Shown here: piece after piece, positions 35,606 to 43,699 of the stretch
Layout: each line of letters begins with the position of its first letter
Numbering within the stretch: the first letter of the stretch is position 1
NCBI GenBank assembly: GCA_008012175.1
Contig: SSEF01000001.1
Coordinates: forward strand, 25,061-89,060
Reading direction: 5' to 3'
DNA length: 64,000 nt
From: Candidatus Moraniibacteriota bacterium
GTDB lineage: Bacteria > Patescibacteriota > Minisyncoccia > Moranbacterales > UBA1568
Notes under the pieces: generated by a model
Database searches by the model: none
Seen by the model: only the letters and a program-made list of their open reading frames with translations
Told to the model about the DNA's origin: nothing
Position numbers and translations under genes: made by a program

Positions 35606-36544
35606 ATGCACTGGCTTACCTTCGCTCTCGCGGGATACTTTTTCAACGCGGTTACCGCTATTTTCGATAAATTTCTCCTGGCTGGCCGGATTAAGGAGCC
35701 GGTAGTATATGCCTTCTTCGTTTCCATCCTTTCGCTTTTTGCCATCGTTCTCGTGCCCTTCGGATACCAGCCAATTCCTTGGCAGACCAGTGTCGTATTC
35801 GTGATCTCTGGCATGCTCTTTCTGTACGGCCTGGTCGCATTTTATAATGCCGTAAAGCGAAGCGAGATCTCACGGGTCGCTCCGCTCGTCGGCATCACGA
35901 TTTCGGTTATTGCTGGAGTGGCATCGCTTGCCTTTGGCCCTGCCGCCTATGTTACGCTTTCGCCCGGGCACTTCTTTTCGCTCCTTCTCCTTTTGGCTGG
36001 AGCATTCCTTATCGCTTTCGATCTCCCACTAAAGGAAAATGATGCGCTCATGAAATCGACGCTTCTGTCCGGAGCGCTGATGGCACTATCGCTCCTTTTC
36101 CTGAAGACGGGATATCGGAATGCGGATTTTGTAAATGGGCTCCTTTGGTCACGGCTCGGTTTCATCGTGGGAGGCTTCAGTCTCTTTATCATCCCGGAGT
36201 ATCGGCGGATCATTTTGGAAAATACGCGCACCCTTTCGTCATCGAATCGGCGCGATGTTTCAACTGGCGCGCTCTTCATATTGAATAAGATTTTTGGAGC
36301 AGCCGCGTCATTTCTCCTCACCTATGCAGCATTCCTCGGCCCGGTGACGTTTATCCAGGCGCTGAATGGAGTTCAGTATGCGTTCGTGCTCGTTCTTACT
36401 ATCCCGCTCGCAATGCGTTTTCCAAAGATTTTCGAAGAAAAATTGTATTTTTGGGACTGGTTCCAGAAAGGTATCGCGATCATTTTCATTGCGCTTGGCA
36501 TGTGGCTAGCGGTGGATCAGGGCGTGGATTTTCTCTTCCTTTAG
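35606..36544 (+). CDS. Polytopic membrane protein, DMT/EamA-like superfamily
   Basis: About 10 TM helices arranged as two 5-TM halves. No soluble domain. Confidence 0.55.
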   Translation: MHWLTFALAGYFFNAVTAIFDKFLLAGRIKEPVVYAFFVSILSLFAIVLVPFGYQPIPWQTSVVFVISGMLFLYGLVAFYNAVKRSEISRVAPLVGITISVIAGVASLAFGPAAYVTLSPGHFFSLLLLLAGAFLIAFDLPLKENDALMKSTLLSGALMALSLLFLKTGYRNADFVNGLLWSRLGFIVGGFSLFIIPEYRRIILENTRTLSSSNRRDVSTGALFILNKIFGAAASFLLTYAAFLGPVTFIQALNGVQYAFVLVLTIPLAMRFPKIFEEKLYFWDWFQKGIAIIFIALGMWLAVDQGVDFLFL

Positions 36545-36564
36545 GATTTTAGGCTGAATTTTGT

Positions 36565-37635
36565 ATGAGCCAGCCAGTGGATCGACATAAGATCAATCCC
36601 ACATCGCTAGCCTCCAATCGCTGGCGGGGCGTAGTTAAGTCGACTGGCTATGCGGTCGGAGTGGTGCTGGTCGTCCTGCTTGTGGTTTTCGGGTATTTCA
36701 ACCTGCCTGGCCCGGCACCGCGAGAAGACGTACATCTCGGCATGACTTTTTCGTCCAGATACGCGACGGATCTCGGGCTCGACTGGCGTGAGGCGTATCG
36801 AGCGCTTCTCGAGGAGGTGGGCGTGAAGAAGCTTCGCATTCCGGTGTACTGGGATCTGACGGAACGATCCTCAGGAGAACGCGACTTTTCCGATGTCGAC
36901 TGGCAGTTGGATGAAGCCGAGCGAGCGGGTGCGACCGTTATCCTCTCCATCGGCCAACGGGTGCCGCGCTGGCCGGAGTGCCATATTCCCGCTTGGGCAA
37001 AAGAGCGCCCCGAATCCGAGCGGCAAGAAGCCCTGAGATCCTTCATGAAAGAAACGGTCGAGCGTTATCGCGATCGTGAGGTGATCACAACCTGGCAGGT
37101 GGAGAATGAGCCTTTCCTTGTCTTTTTCGGCGAGTGTCCTCCTCTTGATGTTGATTTCCTTGAGCAAGAAGTTTCGTTAGTGAAGAAGCTCGATTCGTCG
37201 CGTCCAGTACTTCTGACAGATTCGGGCGAACTCTCAGTCTGGTACCGGGCAGCAAAGCGCGGGGATCAGTTCGGGACGACGATGTACCGCATGATTTACA
37301 AGGGCGGCTGGGGCTATGTGACGTACCCGATCGGGCCGAATTTCTTCCGAGCGAAAGAGAGACTGGTCCGTCTCCTGACCGATCAGGATCATTTTTCAGT
37401 GATCGAGCTCCAGGCTGAGCCGTGGGCGAGCGGTTGGGTGGCAAACGTACCGCTCGAGGAGCAGTTCATCACGATGAATGAGCGCTTGCTCGAGGAGAAT
37501 GTAACCTATGCCCGGCGCGTCGGTTTCGAGGATATTTATCTCTGGGGCGGAGAGTGGTGGTATTGGCTCAAAACGAAGAAAGACTACCCGGCGGTGTGGG
37601 AAAAGGGGAAAGAGCTCTTCCGTCGGTATCCGTGA
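36565..37635 (+). CDS. Membrane-anchored glycoside hydrolase, clan GH-A-like (TIM barrel)
   Basis: N-terminal TM helix. WQVENEP (acid/base NEP motif on strand 4) and IELQAEPW (candidate nucleophile Glu), characteristic of GH-A families. Confidence 0.55.
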   Translation: MSQPVDRHKINPTSLASNRWRGVVKSTGYAVGVVLVVLLVVFGYFNLPGPAPREDVHLGMTFSSRYATDLGLDWREAYRALLEEVGVKKLRIPVYWDLTERSSGERDFSDVDWQLDEAERAGATVILSIGQRVPRWPECHIPAWAKERPESERQEALRSFMKETVERYRDREVITTWQVENEPFLVFFGECPPLDVDFLEQEVSLVKKLDSSRPVLLTDSGELSVWYRAAKRGDQFGTTMYRMIYKGGWGYVTYPIGPNFFRAKERLVRLLTDQDHFSVIELQAEPWASGWVANVPLEEQFITMNERLLEENVTYARRVGFEDIYLWGGEWWYWLKTKKDYPAVWEKGKELFRRYP

Positions 37636-37642
37636 TGCGATC

Positions 37643-38158
37643 ATGATCCTCGTCCTCGACAATCTCCGGAGTGCCTACAATGTCGGAGCACTTCTCCGAT
37701 CGGCTGACGGCGCAGGTGTGACGCATGTGTATCTTGTCGGTATCACACCGGCGCCAGCGAAGCCCAACAGTCTCTACCAGACAGTGGCCGAAAAGGCGCT
37801 CGCGAAAACAGCGCTCGGTGCCGAGCGTTCGGTACCGTGGTCGAGTACGAAGTCACTGGCTCGGCTTGCTGCGCGCCTCCATCGGGACGGCCATGAACTC
37901 ATCGCTCTTGAAGAGGGTGGAGGTGTCGATGCGATCGACTATCGTGACTGGAGACCGGCCCGAGGGAGAGGACCAGCACTTATCGTTGGGAATGAGGTCG
38001 ACGGGCTTAACTCGAAGACGCTTGCGCTTGCAGATGTGGCTATCCGGCTTCCGATGCGCGGGAGCAAGAATTCGCTGAATGTGTCGGTGGCAGGGAGTAT
38101 TGCCTTATACCACCTGTCGGCTACAATGGAAAAGGAAAAGAAAGTTTCTAGTGGCTAG
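37643..38158 (+). CDS. SpoU/TrmH-family RNA 2'-O-methyltransferase (SPOUT)
   Basis: LVLDNLRSAYNVGALLRSADGAGV...LIVGNEVDGL...SLNVSVAGSIALY motifs. Confidence 0.8.
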   Translation: MILVLDNLRSAYNVGALLRSADGAGVTHVYLVGITPAPAKPNSLYQTVAEKALAKTALGAERSVPWSSTKSLARLAARLHRDGHELIALEEGGGVDAIDYRDWRPARGRGPALIVGNEVDGLNSKTLALADVAIRLPMRGSKNSLNVSVAGSIALYHLSATMEKEKKVSSG

Positions 38159-38248
38159 AGTTGTTAGTTATTAGAGCAGAAAAGAGTCAGAGCAGCCGGT
38201 TTCCTATCCCGCTAGAAACTAGCGACTAAGCACTAGCAACTTTTTTGG
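38141..38248. repeat. CTAG-rich intergenic repeat block A (five CTAG in 100 nt; GTTTCTAG ... CTAGAAACTAG ... CACTAGCAAC)
   Basis: Shares 8-20-nt motifs, in inverted orientation, with the block downstream of the HAD gene. Overlaps the trmH stop codon. Confidence 0.45.
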
Positions 38249-38959
38249 ATGAAAAAGGAAACGAAAGACAAGAGAATCGCCATTTTCGATATCGATGGCA
38301 CCATTTTCCGGAAAAACCTGCATTTCGAGCTCATCAACGAGCTTGCATGGCTGAAGGTTTTCCCGGATTCGGTCCGGCGTGAGTTGACCGAGGTATACAG
38401 CCACTGGCTGGAGCATTCCGGTACGTACGAGGACTATCGGAAGGCGATTGTCCGCATCTATGCTGAGCATATCGCGGGTGTCTCCGAGGCAGAGGTCCGT
38501 GAAGCGGCGCATATTGTCGTGCCGTTTCATGCCCGGCGCACCTACCTCTTTTCCGAGTCGCTCATCAAGGATCTGCGCGCCAAGGGCTATCACCTCCTTG
38601 CTATCTCGGGCTCGCCGATCGAGATCGTGGAGGAATACAACGAGCACTACCTCCATTTCGACCGCGTCTTCGGCAGTATCTATGCCAAAGATACGAAGGG
38701 GATATACACTGGGGAAGCCGAATTCGAGCCTTCGCGGAACAAGGGCGAGGCTTTGCAGCAGTATGTTTATGAACACGGGCTTTCGCTCGATGATTCCTAT
38801 GGCGTTGGCGATACAGAGAGCGATGCCAGTTTCCTCCGCATGGTGACTCATCCGATAGCGTTCAATCCGAACCAGAACCTGAAAGCGATGGCGGATACCG
38901 AGGGTTGGCGCATCGTTATCGAGAAGAAAGATGTCGTGTACGAGATAGGGAAGAAATAG
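38249..38959 (+). CDS. HAD-IB family hydrolase (phosphoserine phosphatase-like)
   Basis: IAIFDIDGTIF motif I, ISGSP and GVGDTESD motifs. Confidence 0.8.
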   Translation: MKKETKDKRIAIFDIDGTIFRKNLHFELINELAWLKVFPDSVRRELTEVYSHWLEHSGTYEDYRKAIVRIYAEHIAGVSEAEVREAAHIVVPFHARRTYLFSESLIKDLRAKGYHLLAISGSPIEIVEEYNEHYLHFDRVFGSIYAKDTKGIYTGEAEFEPSRNKGEALQQYVYEHGLSLDDSYGVGDTESDASFLRMVTHPIAFNPNQNLKAMADTEGWRIVIEKKDVVYEIGKK

Positions 38960-39046
38960 TTGCTAGTGACTAGTTTCTAAATATGCATCAGGGGAATGAA
39001 TCGCTCCGTTTACCCAATCGGCTAACAACTAATAGTAGATACTTCC
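38957..39046. repeat. CTAG-rich intergenic repeat block B (TAGTTGCTAGTGACTAGTTTCTAA ...)
   Basis: Its reverse complement matches block A at both termini (TAGAAACTAG...CACTAGCAAC and TTGTTAG...). The 10-mer ACTAGTTTCT recurs at 60009-60018. Confidence 0.45.
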
Positions 39047-39175
39047 ATGGCGTTCAACCTGAATAGCTCACTCGATAGTTTCCTGAAGAAGACCCTCTGG
39101 CTCTGGCTGCCCTTCTATGCATTTCGCACCCTTCTGAAGGAGTTCGCTATCTGGCTCGCCCGGGAGAAGAAGTAG
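39047..39175 (+). CDS. Candidate small ORF (42 aa) translationally coupled to vanZ
   Basis: MAFNLNSSLDSFLKKTLWLWLPFYAFRTLLKEFAIWLAREKK; stop 1 nt before the vanZ ATG. Absent from the ORF track because it is under 60 aa. Confidence 0.3.
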   Translation: MAFNLNSSLDSFLKKTLWLWLPFYAFRTLLKEFAIWLAREKK

Positions 39176-39176
39176 T

Positions 39177-39608
39177 ATGTTTCTTCGAATACTCCAGACT
39201 GATTGGCTGCGCCGATTCGTCCCGCTGATTCTCTGGTGTGCTGTGATCTTTGCTTTTTCCGAGATGCCAGGAAGCGGACTCGAGGTCACACCGCCTCTCT
39301 GGTATGTGCTGGAACGCAAGTCTGCTCATGTCTTTGAGTATGCCATACTCGCACTTCTCAGCTATCGTTTTTTTTCGAGAATCTATCCGCTGGAGCGTTT
39401 CTCACGGGTCGCTATGCTCTCGGGAGCATTTGCGCTGACGTATGGGGTGCTCGACGAATTTCATCAGCTATTCGTCTTCGGGCGCGGAGCGCGGCTCTCG
39501 GATGTCGCGATCGACGGAATTGGCATCCTTATAGCCATCAGCAGCCTCATTTTTCTCCATCGCAGCTATCGCGATGGTATACTGGAAAAGACAGTTGCTC
39601 GTGACTAG
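39177..39608 (+). CDS. VanZ-like family membrane protein
   Basis: GVLDEFHQLFVFGRGARLSDVAIDGIGILIA is the VanZ family signature. Confidence 0.8.
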   Translation: MFLRILQTDWLRRFVPLILWCAVIFAFSEMPGSGLEVTPPLWYVLERKSAHVFEYAILALLSYRFFSRIYPLERFSRVAMLSGAFALTYGVLDEFHQLFVFGRGARLSDVAIDGIGILIAISSLIFLHRSYRDGILEKTVARD

Positions 39609-39663
39609 TCTTTTGTTTCTAGTAGGTTATACTCCTTGCCGCTAGCAGTTAAGAACTAGAAAC
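39594..39663. repeat. CTAG-rich intergenic repeat block C (GTTGCTCGTGACTAGTC ... GTTTCTAGTAGG ... GCTAGCAGTTAAGAACTAGAAAC)
   Basis: Same motif family as blocks A and B; overlaps the vanZ stop. Contains TATACT (39628-39633) and TAGAAA (39657-39662) -10-like hexamers before the ATG at 39671. Confidence 0.45.
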
Positions 39664-39670
39664 CTCTCCC

Positions 39671-41854
39671 ATGTCCCTCGCTCGTTCACGCACCATCCAA
39701 TACATCGGCATCCTCTTTACTCTTGGCCTCATAGCGGCCGGGTACTGGTATTTTTCTGCACGCGCCTCGACAACGCTGAACAAGACGCCGACCGGATCGC
39801 TTACGAACGGTCTCGTCGGGTATTGGACCTTCGATGGAGCGGATATCTCAGGGACAACGGTGACGGATCGGAGCGGGTCAGGCAACAACGGAACGCTCAC
39901 TGGTGGTCCGAGCCCTGCGATCGGCAAGCTCGGCCAAGCCCTCGACTTCGACGGAAGCGATGACTATGTGAGTATCCCAGATGCGAGTGTCCTCGATGTC
40001 GGTGATACGGCTGACCTCTCCCTCTCAGGCTGGTTCTCTCGCGATTCCTTCACGACCGATGACACGCTCCTCGCCAAGCGCAACGGGCAGGCGGCGGGCG
40101 ATACGGGATATGTCCTCTACCTCGATGACACCACGGATCAGCTCATCTTCGAAGTCTCTGATGGGACAGATGAGTACAGCCTCGCCTCGACTACAACCTT
40201 CACCGCCGCCGGCTGGCACCACTATGCCATCACCTGGGACCAGGACTCAGCCGCCAATTCCGAGATCTTCATCGATGGCGTTGCCAATAGCGCTACGGAT
40301 ACCGGAACGATCGGGAATATCGGCGACCTCTCGAATGCCCTCACACTCCGCACCGGGGCAGAGAGTGACGATGGCAATCCGTTCGACGGCAGGCTCGACG
40401 AAGTCCGGGTGTATAATGCTGTCTTGACAGCCGAAAAGGTGAAGAATCTCTACGATCTCGGCAGTTCAGACAAGGTAAATAGCAGCGCTTCCCAGTCGCA
40501 GGGGGCTGGCCTTGATTCGGGTCTGGCTGGCTATTGGAAGCTTGATGAAGGCAGCGGCACGAGCGCGGCTGATGCGAGTGGCAACGGTCGGACTGGCACG
40601 CTCAATAACGGCGTAACCTGGACGACTGGCCGGATCGGTGGAGCGGTCGATCTTGACGGAGCTAACGACTATATTAGCGTGACTTCGCCGCCTACACTTG
40701 GGACAAGCTACACGATCGCATATTGGGCTAAACTTGATGTTGTAGCATCTACAGGTGTCATAGTTGGTTATCGGAGTACTACCGCAGGCACACCAGTATA
40801 TTTTCAAATAAATGCTGATACAAGTTCAACATTTGTTGTTCGGAGTTCGAGTGGTAGTGGTGAAGGTATATCAACATACACGAATGGTCTTTCTACGACT
40901 GGAGTCTGGTATCATGTCACGGGCGTGCGGAGAGGTAATACGATTCAGGTGTATATTAATGGAAACCCCGGGACAGCGGATCTGACCTCAACTTTTGGGG
41001 CTATCGCGGCTAATTCATTGCTTATAGGCGCGACGAACGTTGGGTCCTCTAGTCCAAGTTTCTTTTTCAATGGGCAGATCGACGAAGTCCGGCTCTACGA
41101 CCGTGCTCTCTCAGAAGACGAGATCACCCAGCTCTATCATCTCAGCACCCCGACAGGGATCGATGCGGGACTGAAAGGCTATTGGACCTTCAATGGGGCG
41201 GATATTTCCGGCACATCGGCCTATGACCGGAGCGGGTCAGGCAACAACGGAACGCTCACCGGCGGTCCGAGCCCTGCGATCGGCAAGCTCGGCCAAGCCC
41301 TCGACTTCGACGGATTAAACGATTATATCGTGGTTGGAGACCCTTCCAGTTTGCGGGATATCGAGGGGCAGGGCGGTGGAGGCATGTCGATAAGCGTCTG
41401 GATCAACCCTAGGAGCAACGGAGGAAACGGCAGTGGCAATGGGCACATTGTTGGCAAGAACAATAATGATAGCGGCCCGGGCAGTGGCGATTGGGGACTG
41501 TCGCTTGGCTCGAGCGGAAACAATATTAATTTCGGTCATTCACGCGCCACTCAGCCGATCGCGGCCACTATTAGCAATGTCTGGACCGCTAACCAGTGGA
41601 CGCATGTCGTGGTGACTTTCAATGGCGGGACGACGGCTTCGACAGCGATTCAGTTCTATATCAATGGCGTATTGCAGACGCATGCGTATGACCAGGATGG
41701 TTCCGGTTCTTTTGCATCAGATTCCGGACTCGCGTTCCATATCGGTGGCAGTGGGACGAGTTGGCAGTTCGACGGCAAGCTCGACGAAGTCCGGGTGTAT
41801 AATCGTATCCTCTCAGCAGATGAGGCCTTTGCGCTGTACAATGCAGGGAGATGA
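39671..41854 (+). CDS. Membrane-anchored surface protein with three tandem LamG-like (concanavalin A-like lectin) domains
   Basis: Three repeats of LVGYWTFDG...GSGNNGTLTGGPSPAIGKLGQALDFDG.DDY...W.H.A.TWD...FDG.LDEVRVYN..L...E. N-terminal TM helix. Confidence 0.75.
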   Translation: MSLARSRTIQYIGILFTLGLIAAGYWYFSARASTTLNKTPTGSLTNGLVGYWTFDGADISGTTVTDRSGSGNNGTLTGGPSPAIGKLGQALDFDGSDDYVSIPDASVLDVGDTADLSLSGWFSRDSFTTDDTLLAKRNGQAAGDTGYVLYLDDTTDQLIFEVSDGTDEYSLASTTTFTAAGWHHYAITWDQDSAANSEIFIDGVANSATDTGTIGNIGDLSNALTLRTGAESDDGNPFDGRLDEVRVYNAVLTAEKVKNLYDLGSSDKVNSSASQSQGAGLDSGLAGYWKLDEGSGTSAADASGNGRTGTLNNGVTWTTGRIGGAVDLDGANDYISVTSPPTLGTSYTIAYWAKLDVVASTGVIVGYRSTTAGTPVYFQINADTSSTFVVRSSSGSGEGISTYTNGLSTTGVWYHVTGVRRGNTIQVYINGNPGTADLTSTFGAIAANSLLIGATNVGSSSPSFFFNGQIDEVRLYDRALSEDEITQLYHLSTPTGIDAGLKGYWTFNGADISGTSAYDRSGSGNNGTLTGGPSPAIGKLGQALDFDGLNDYIVVGDPSSLRDIEGQGGGGMSISVWINPRSNGGNGSGNGHIVGKNNNDSGPGSGDWGLSLGSSGNNINFGHSRATQPIAATISNVWTANQWTHVVVTFNGGTTASTAIQFYINGVLQTHAYDQDGSGSFASDSGLAFHIGGSGTSWQFDGKLDEVRVYNRILSADEAFALYNAGR
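39870..39955 (+). repeat. Intragenic 86-nt direct repeat, copy 1 (about 98 percent identical to 41229-41314)
   Basis: GGAGCGGGTCAGGCAACAACGGAACGCTCAC.GG.GGTCCGAGCCCTGCGATCGGCAAGCTCGGCCAAGCCCTCGACTTCGACGGA; two mismatches to copy 2. Confidence 0.8.
41229..41314 (+). repeat. Intragenic 86-nt direct repeat, copy 2
   Basis: See copy 1; lies in LamG domain 3 of the same gene. Confidence 0.8.
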
Positions 41855-41902
41855 TACATCCGCATGTTCCTGGTATCTCTTGTTACGCCTTTTCCCTTCA
41901 TT

Positions 41903-43432
41903 ATGAATCGAGAACTCTTCCAGCAGCTGAAACGGTGGCGCGACGAGCAGGCACGGATCGAAGGGGTCGAAGCTTATCGTATTCTGAACAACGCGACTCT
42001 GGATGCACTGGTCGGAGCATCGCCCCGGACCAAGGAGGAGCTTTGTGGGGTGAAAGGTATCAAGGATGCGAAATACCGGAAATACGGAAGGGCTATCCTC
42101 GCGCTCATCGCAGAATTTTCTGGCAGAGAAGATCCGGACCGCCTACCAATGGAAGAAGGGCAGGGAGTATCAAATGATGAGTCGAAGCTGACCGATCCGC
42201 TCTCGGTGTCGCAATTTCTTGACAGCCTGAATCTCGAGCTCTCCGGTATGGCGGCCCGGCTCCGCGGCGAGGTCTCGAGCGTCGATATCCGCGAACGCGT
42301 TGTCTACTTCACTCTGAAAGACAGTCAGGATGAGAGCCTCCTCTCCTGTCTCATTTTCCGCTATCAGTATGAGGTGTCAGGGATTGCGCTCGCGATCGGA
42401 GATGAAGTCATCGTGGAGGGCGTCCCAGATATCTACAAGCCGTCGGGCCGGCTCAGTCTGAAGGTCGGCGTCATCGAATACGCGGGCGAAGGAGAGCTGA
42501 AGAAGGCCTATGATGCCCTTTATCGGAAATTGGAACTCGCGGGTACCTTCGCGCCGGAGCAGAAGCGGCCGATTCCGGAGTTTGCTGAGCGACTGGCGCT
42601 CATCACCTCGCGCGAAGGGGCGGCGATCGGGGACTTTACGATGAATCTCGCCCGAACCGGTTTCCATGTTGATTTCTACCCGACGCTCGTCGAAGGGAAG
42701 AAGGCTGTCTTCGAGATCATCGAAGCGATCCGGTATTTCAATCGGGTACCGGAGCGCTATGACGCGCTCGTCATCATCCGTGGCGGCGGCAGCCTAGAGA
42801 GCTTGCAGGCCTTCAATACCGAAGCGCTCGTCCACGAAATTTCGGTCTCGCGGATTCCGGTCCTTGCCGGCATCGGGCATGAGCGCGATGTTTCACTGGC
42901 AGCGCTTGCCTCGGACGCTATGGTCTCGACGCCGACTGCGGCTGCACGCTATCTTTCGGTATCTTGGGATGAAGCCCGGGCCAGCCTCGGTAAGCATGTA
43001 CTGGCATTGGCTCGCGCGATGCAGGAATTTCGCACGCTCGTCCGGGAGCGGATACAGAGGGGAGAAGAATCTCTGCGGCGGGCGCTCAGCGATATACTGG
43101 AGCGTGTCGGTATGGCACAAGCAGCGTTTCGCGAGGCCGTCGCCCTGTTCCCTGAGTATTGTCGGAGGGTAGCATCCCGACTCGAATCCGATGCAGCGCT
43201 GTGGCAAGCGCGGACCGCTGCCGCTGCCACAAATGCTCGTGATCGACTCAGCGATATCGAGGCGCGGCTCCGTCAGTACGATCCGGTGCGAGCGCTGCAG
43301 CTCGGATATAGCCTGGTGCGCAAAGAAGGAAAGGTGATCCGGGGAATCGCCGGAGTTTCTGTTGGGGATCGGATCAATATACAACTTGGTCGAGGCGGTA
43401 TAGAATCAGAGGTAATTGGAATAACGGAATAG
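41903..43432 (+). CDS. xseA: Exodeoxyribonuclease VII large subunit with an N-terminal HRDC domain fusion
   Basis: N-terminal 80 aa resemble an HRDC domain (LFQQLKRWRDEQARIEGVEAYRILNNATLDAL...LCGVKGI). Then the XseA OB-fold and catalytic core (LITSREGAAIGDF, IIRGGGSLESLQAFN, AGIGHERD). ORF track starts at 41864; ATG 41903 chosen. Confidence 0.8.
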   Translation: MNRELFQQLKRWRDEQARIEGVEAYRILNNATLDALVGASPRTKEELCGVKGIKDAKYRKYGRAILALIAEFSGREDPDRLPMEEGQGVSNDESKLTDPLSVSQFLDSLNLELSGMAARLRGEVSSVDIRERVVYFTLKDSQDESLLSCLIFRYQYEVSGIALAIGDEVIVEGVPDIYKPSGRLSLKVGVIEYAGEGELKKAYDALYRKLELAGTFAPEQKRPIPEFAERLALITSREGAAIGDFTMNLARTGFHVDFYPTLVEGKKAVFEIIEAIRYFNRVPERYDALVIIRGGGSLESLQAFNTEALVHEISVSRIPVLAGIGHERDVSLAALASDAMVSTPTAAARYLSVSWDEARASLGKHVLALARAMQEFRTLVRERIQRGEESLRRALSDILERVGMAQAAFREAVALFPEYCRRVASRLESDAALWQARTAAAATNARDRLSDIEARLRQYDPVRALQLGYSLVRKEGKVIRGIAGVSVGDRINIQLGRGGIESEVIGITE

Positions 43433-43434
43433 CT

Positions 43435-43647
43435 ATGACGACAAAGAATGGATCGCTCGGTGAGGCGCTCAAAAAACTCGAGGGCATCACGGACTGGTTC
43501 GAGAATCAGGAAGAGATCGATGTTGAGAAGGCGCTCGAGAAAGTGAAAGAGGGTGTCGCACTCGTCAAATCAAGCAAGGAGCGGCTCCGCGAAGTCGAGA
43601 ACGAGTTCGAGATCGTGAAGAGAGAACTCGACGGCACGGCTTCGTGA
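43435..43647 (+). CDS. xseB: Exodeoxyribonuclease VII small subunit
   Basis: 70 aa, SLGEALKKLEGITDWFENQEEIDVEKALEKVKEG helical hairpin typical of XseB; immediately follows xseA. Confidence 0.85.
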   Translation: MTTKNGSLGEALKKLEGITDWFENQEEIDVEKALEKVKEGVALVKSSKERLREVENEFEIVKRELDGTAS

Positions 43648-43659
43648 GCGCTTCAGCTC

Positions 43660-43668
43660 TGCTATACT
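43660..43668 (+). promoter_or_regulatory. Candidate extended -10 promoter TGcTATACT upstream of korA
   Basis: TG dinucleotide one base upstream of TATACT, 31 nt before the korA ATG. Confidence 0.4.
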
Positions 43669-43699
43669 GGGAATAGAAAAACAAAGACACATCTTTATC

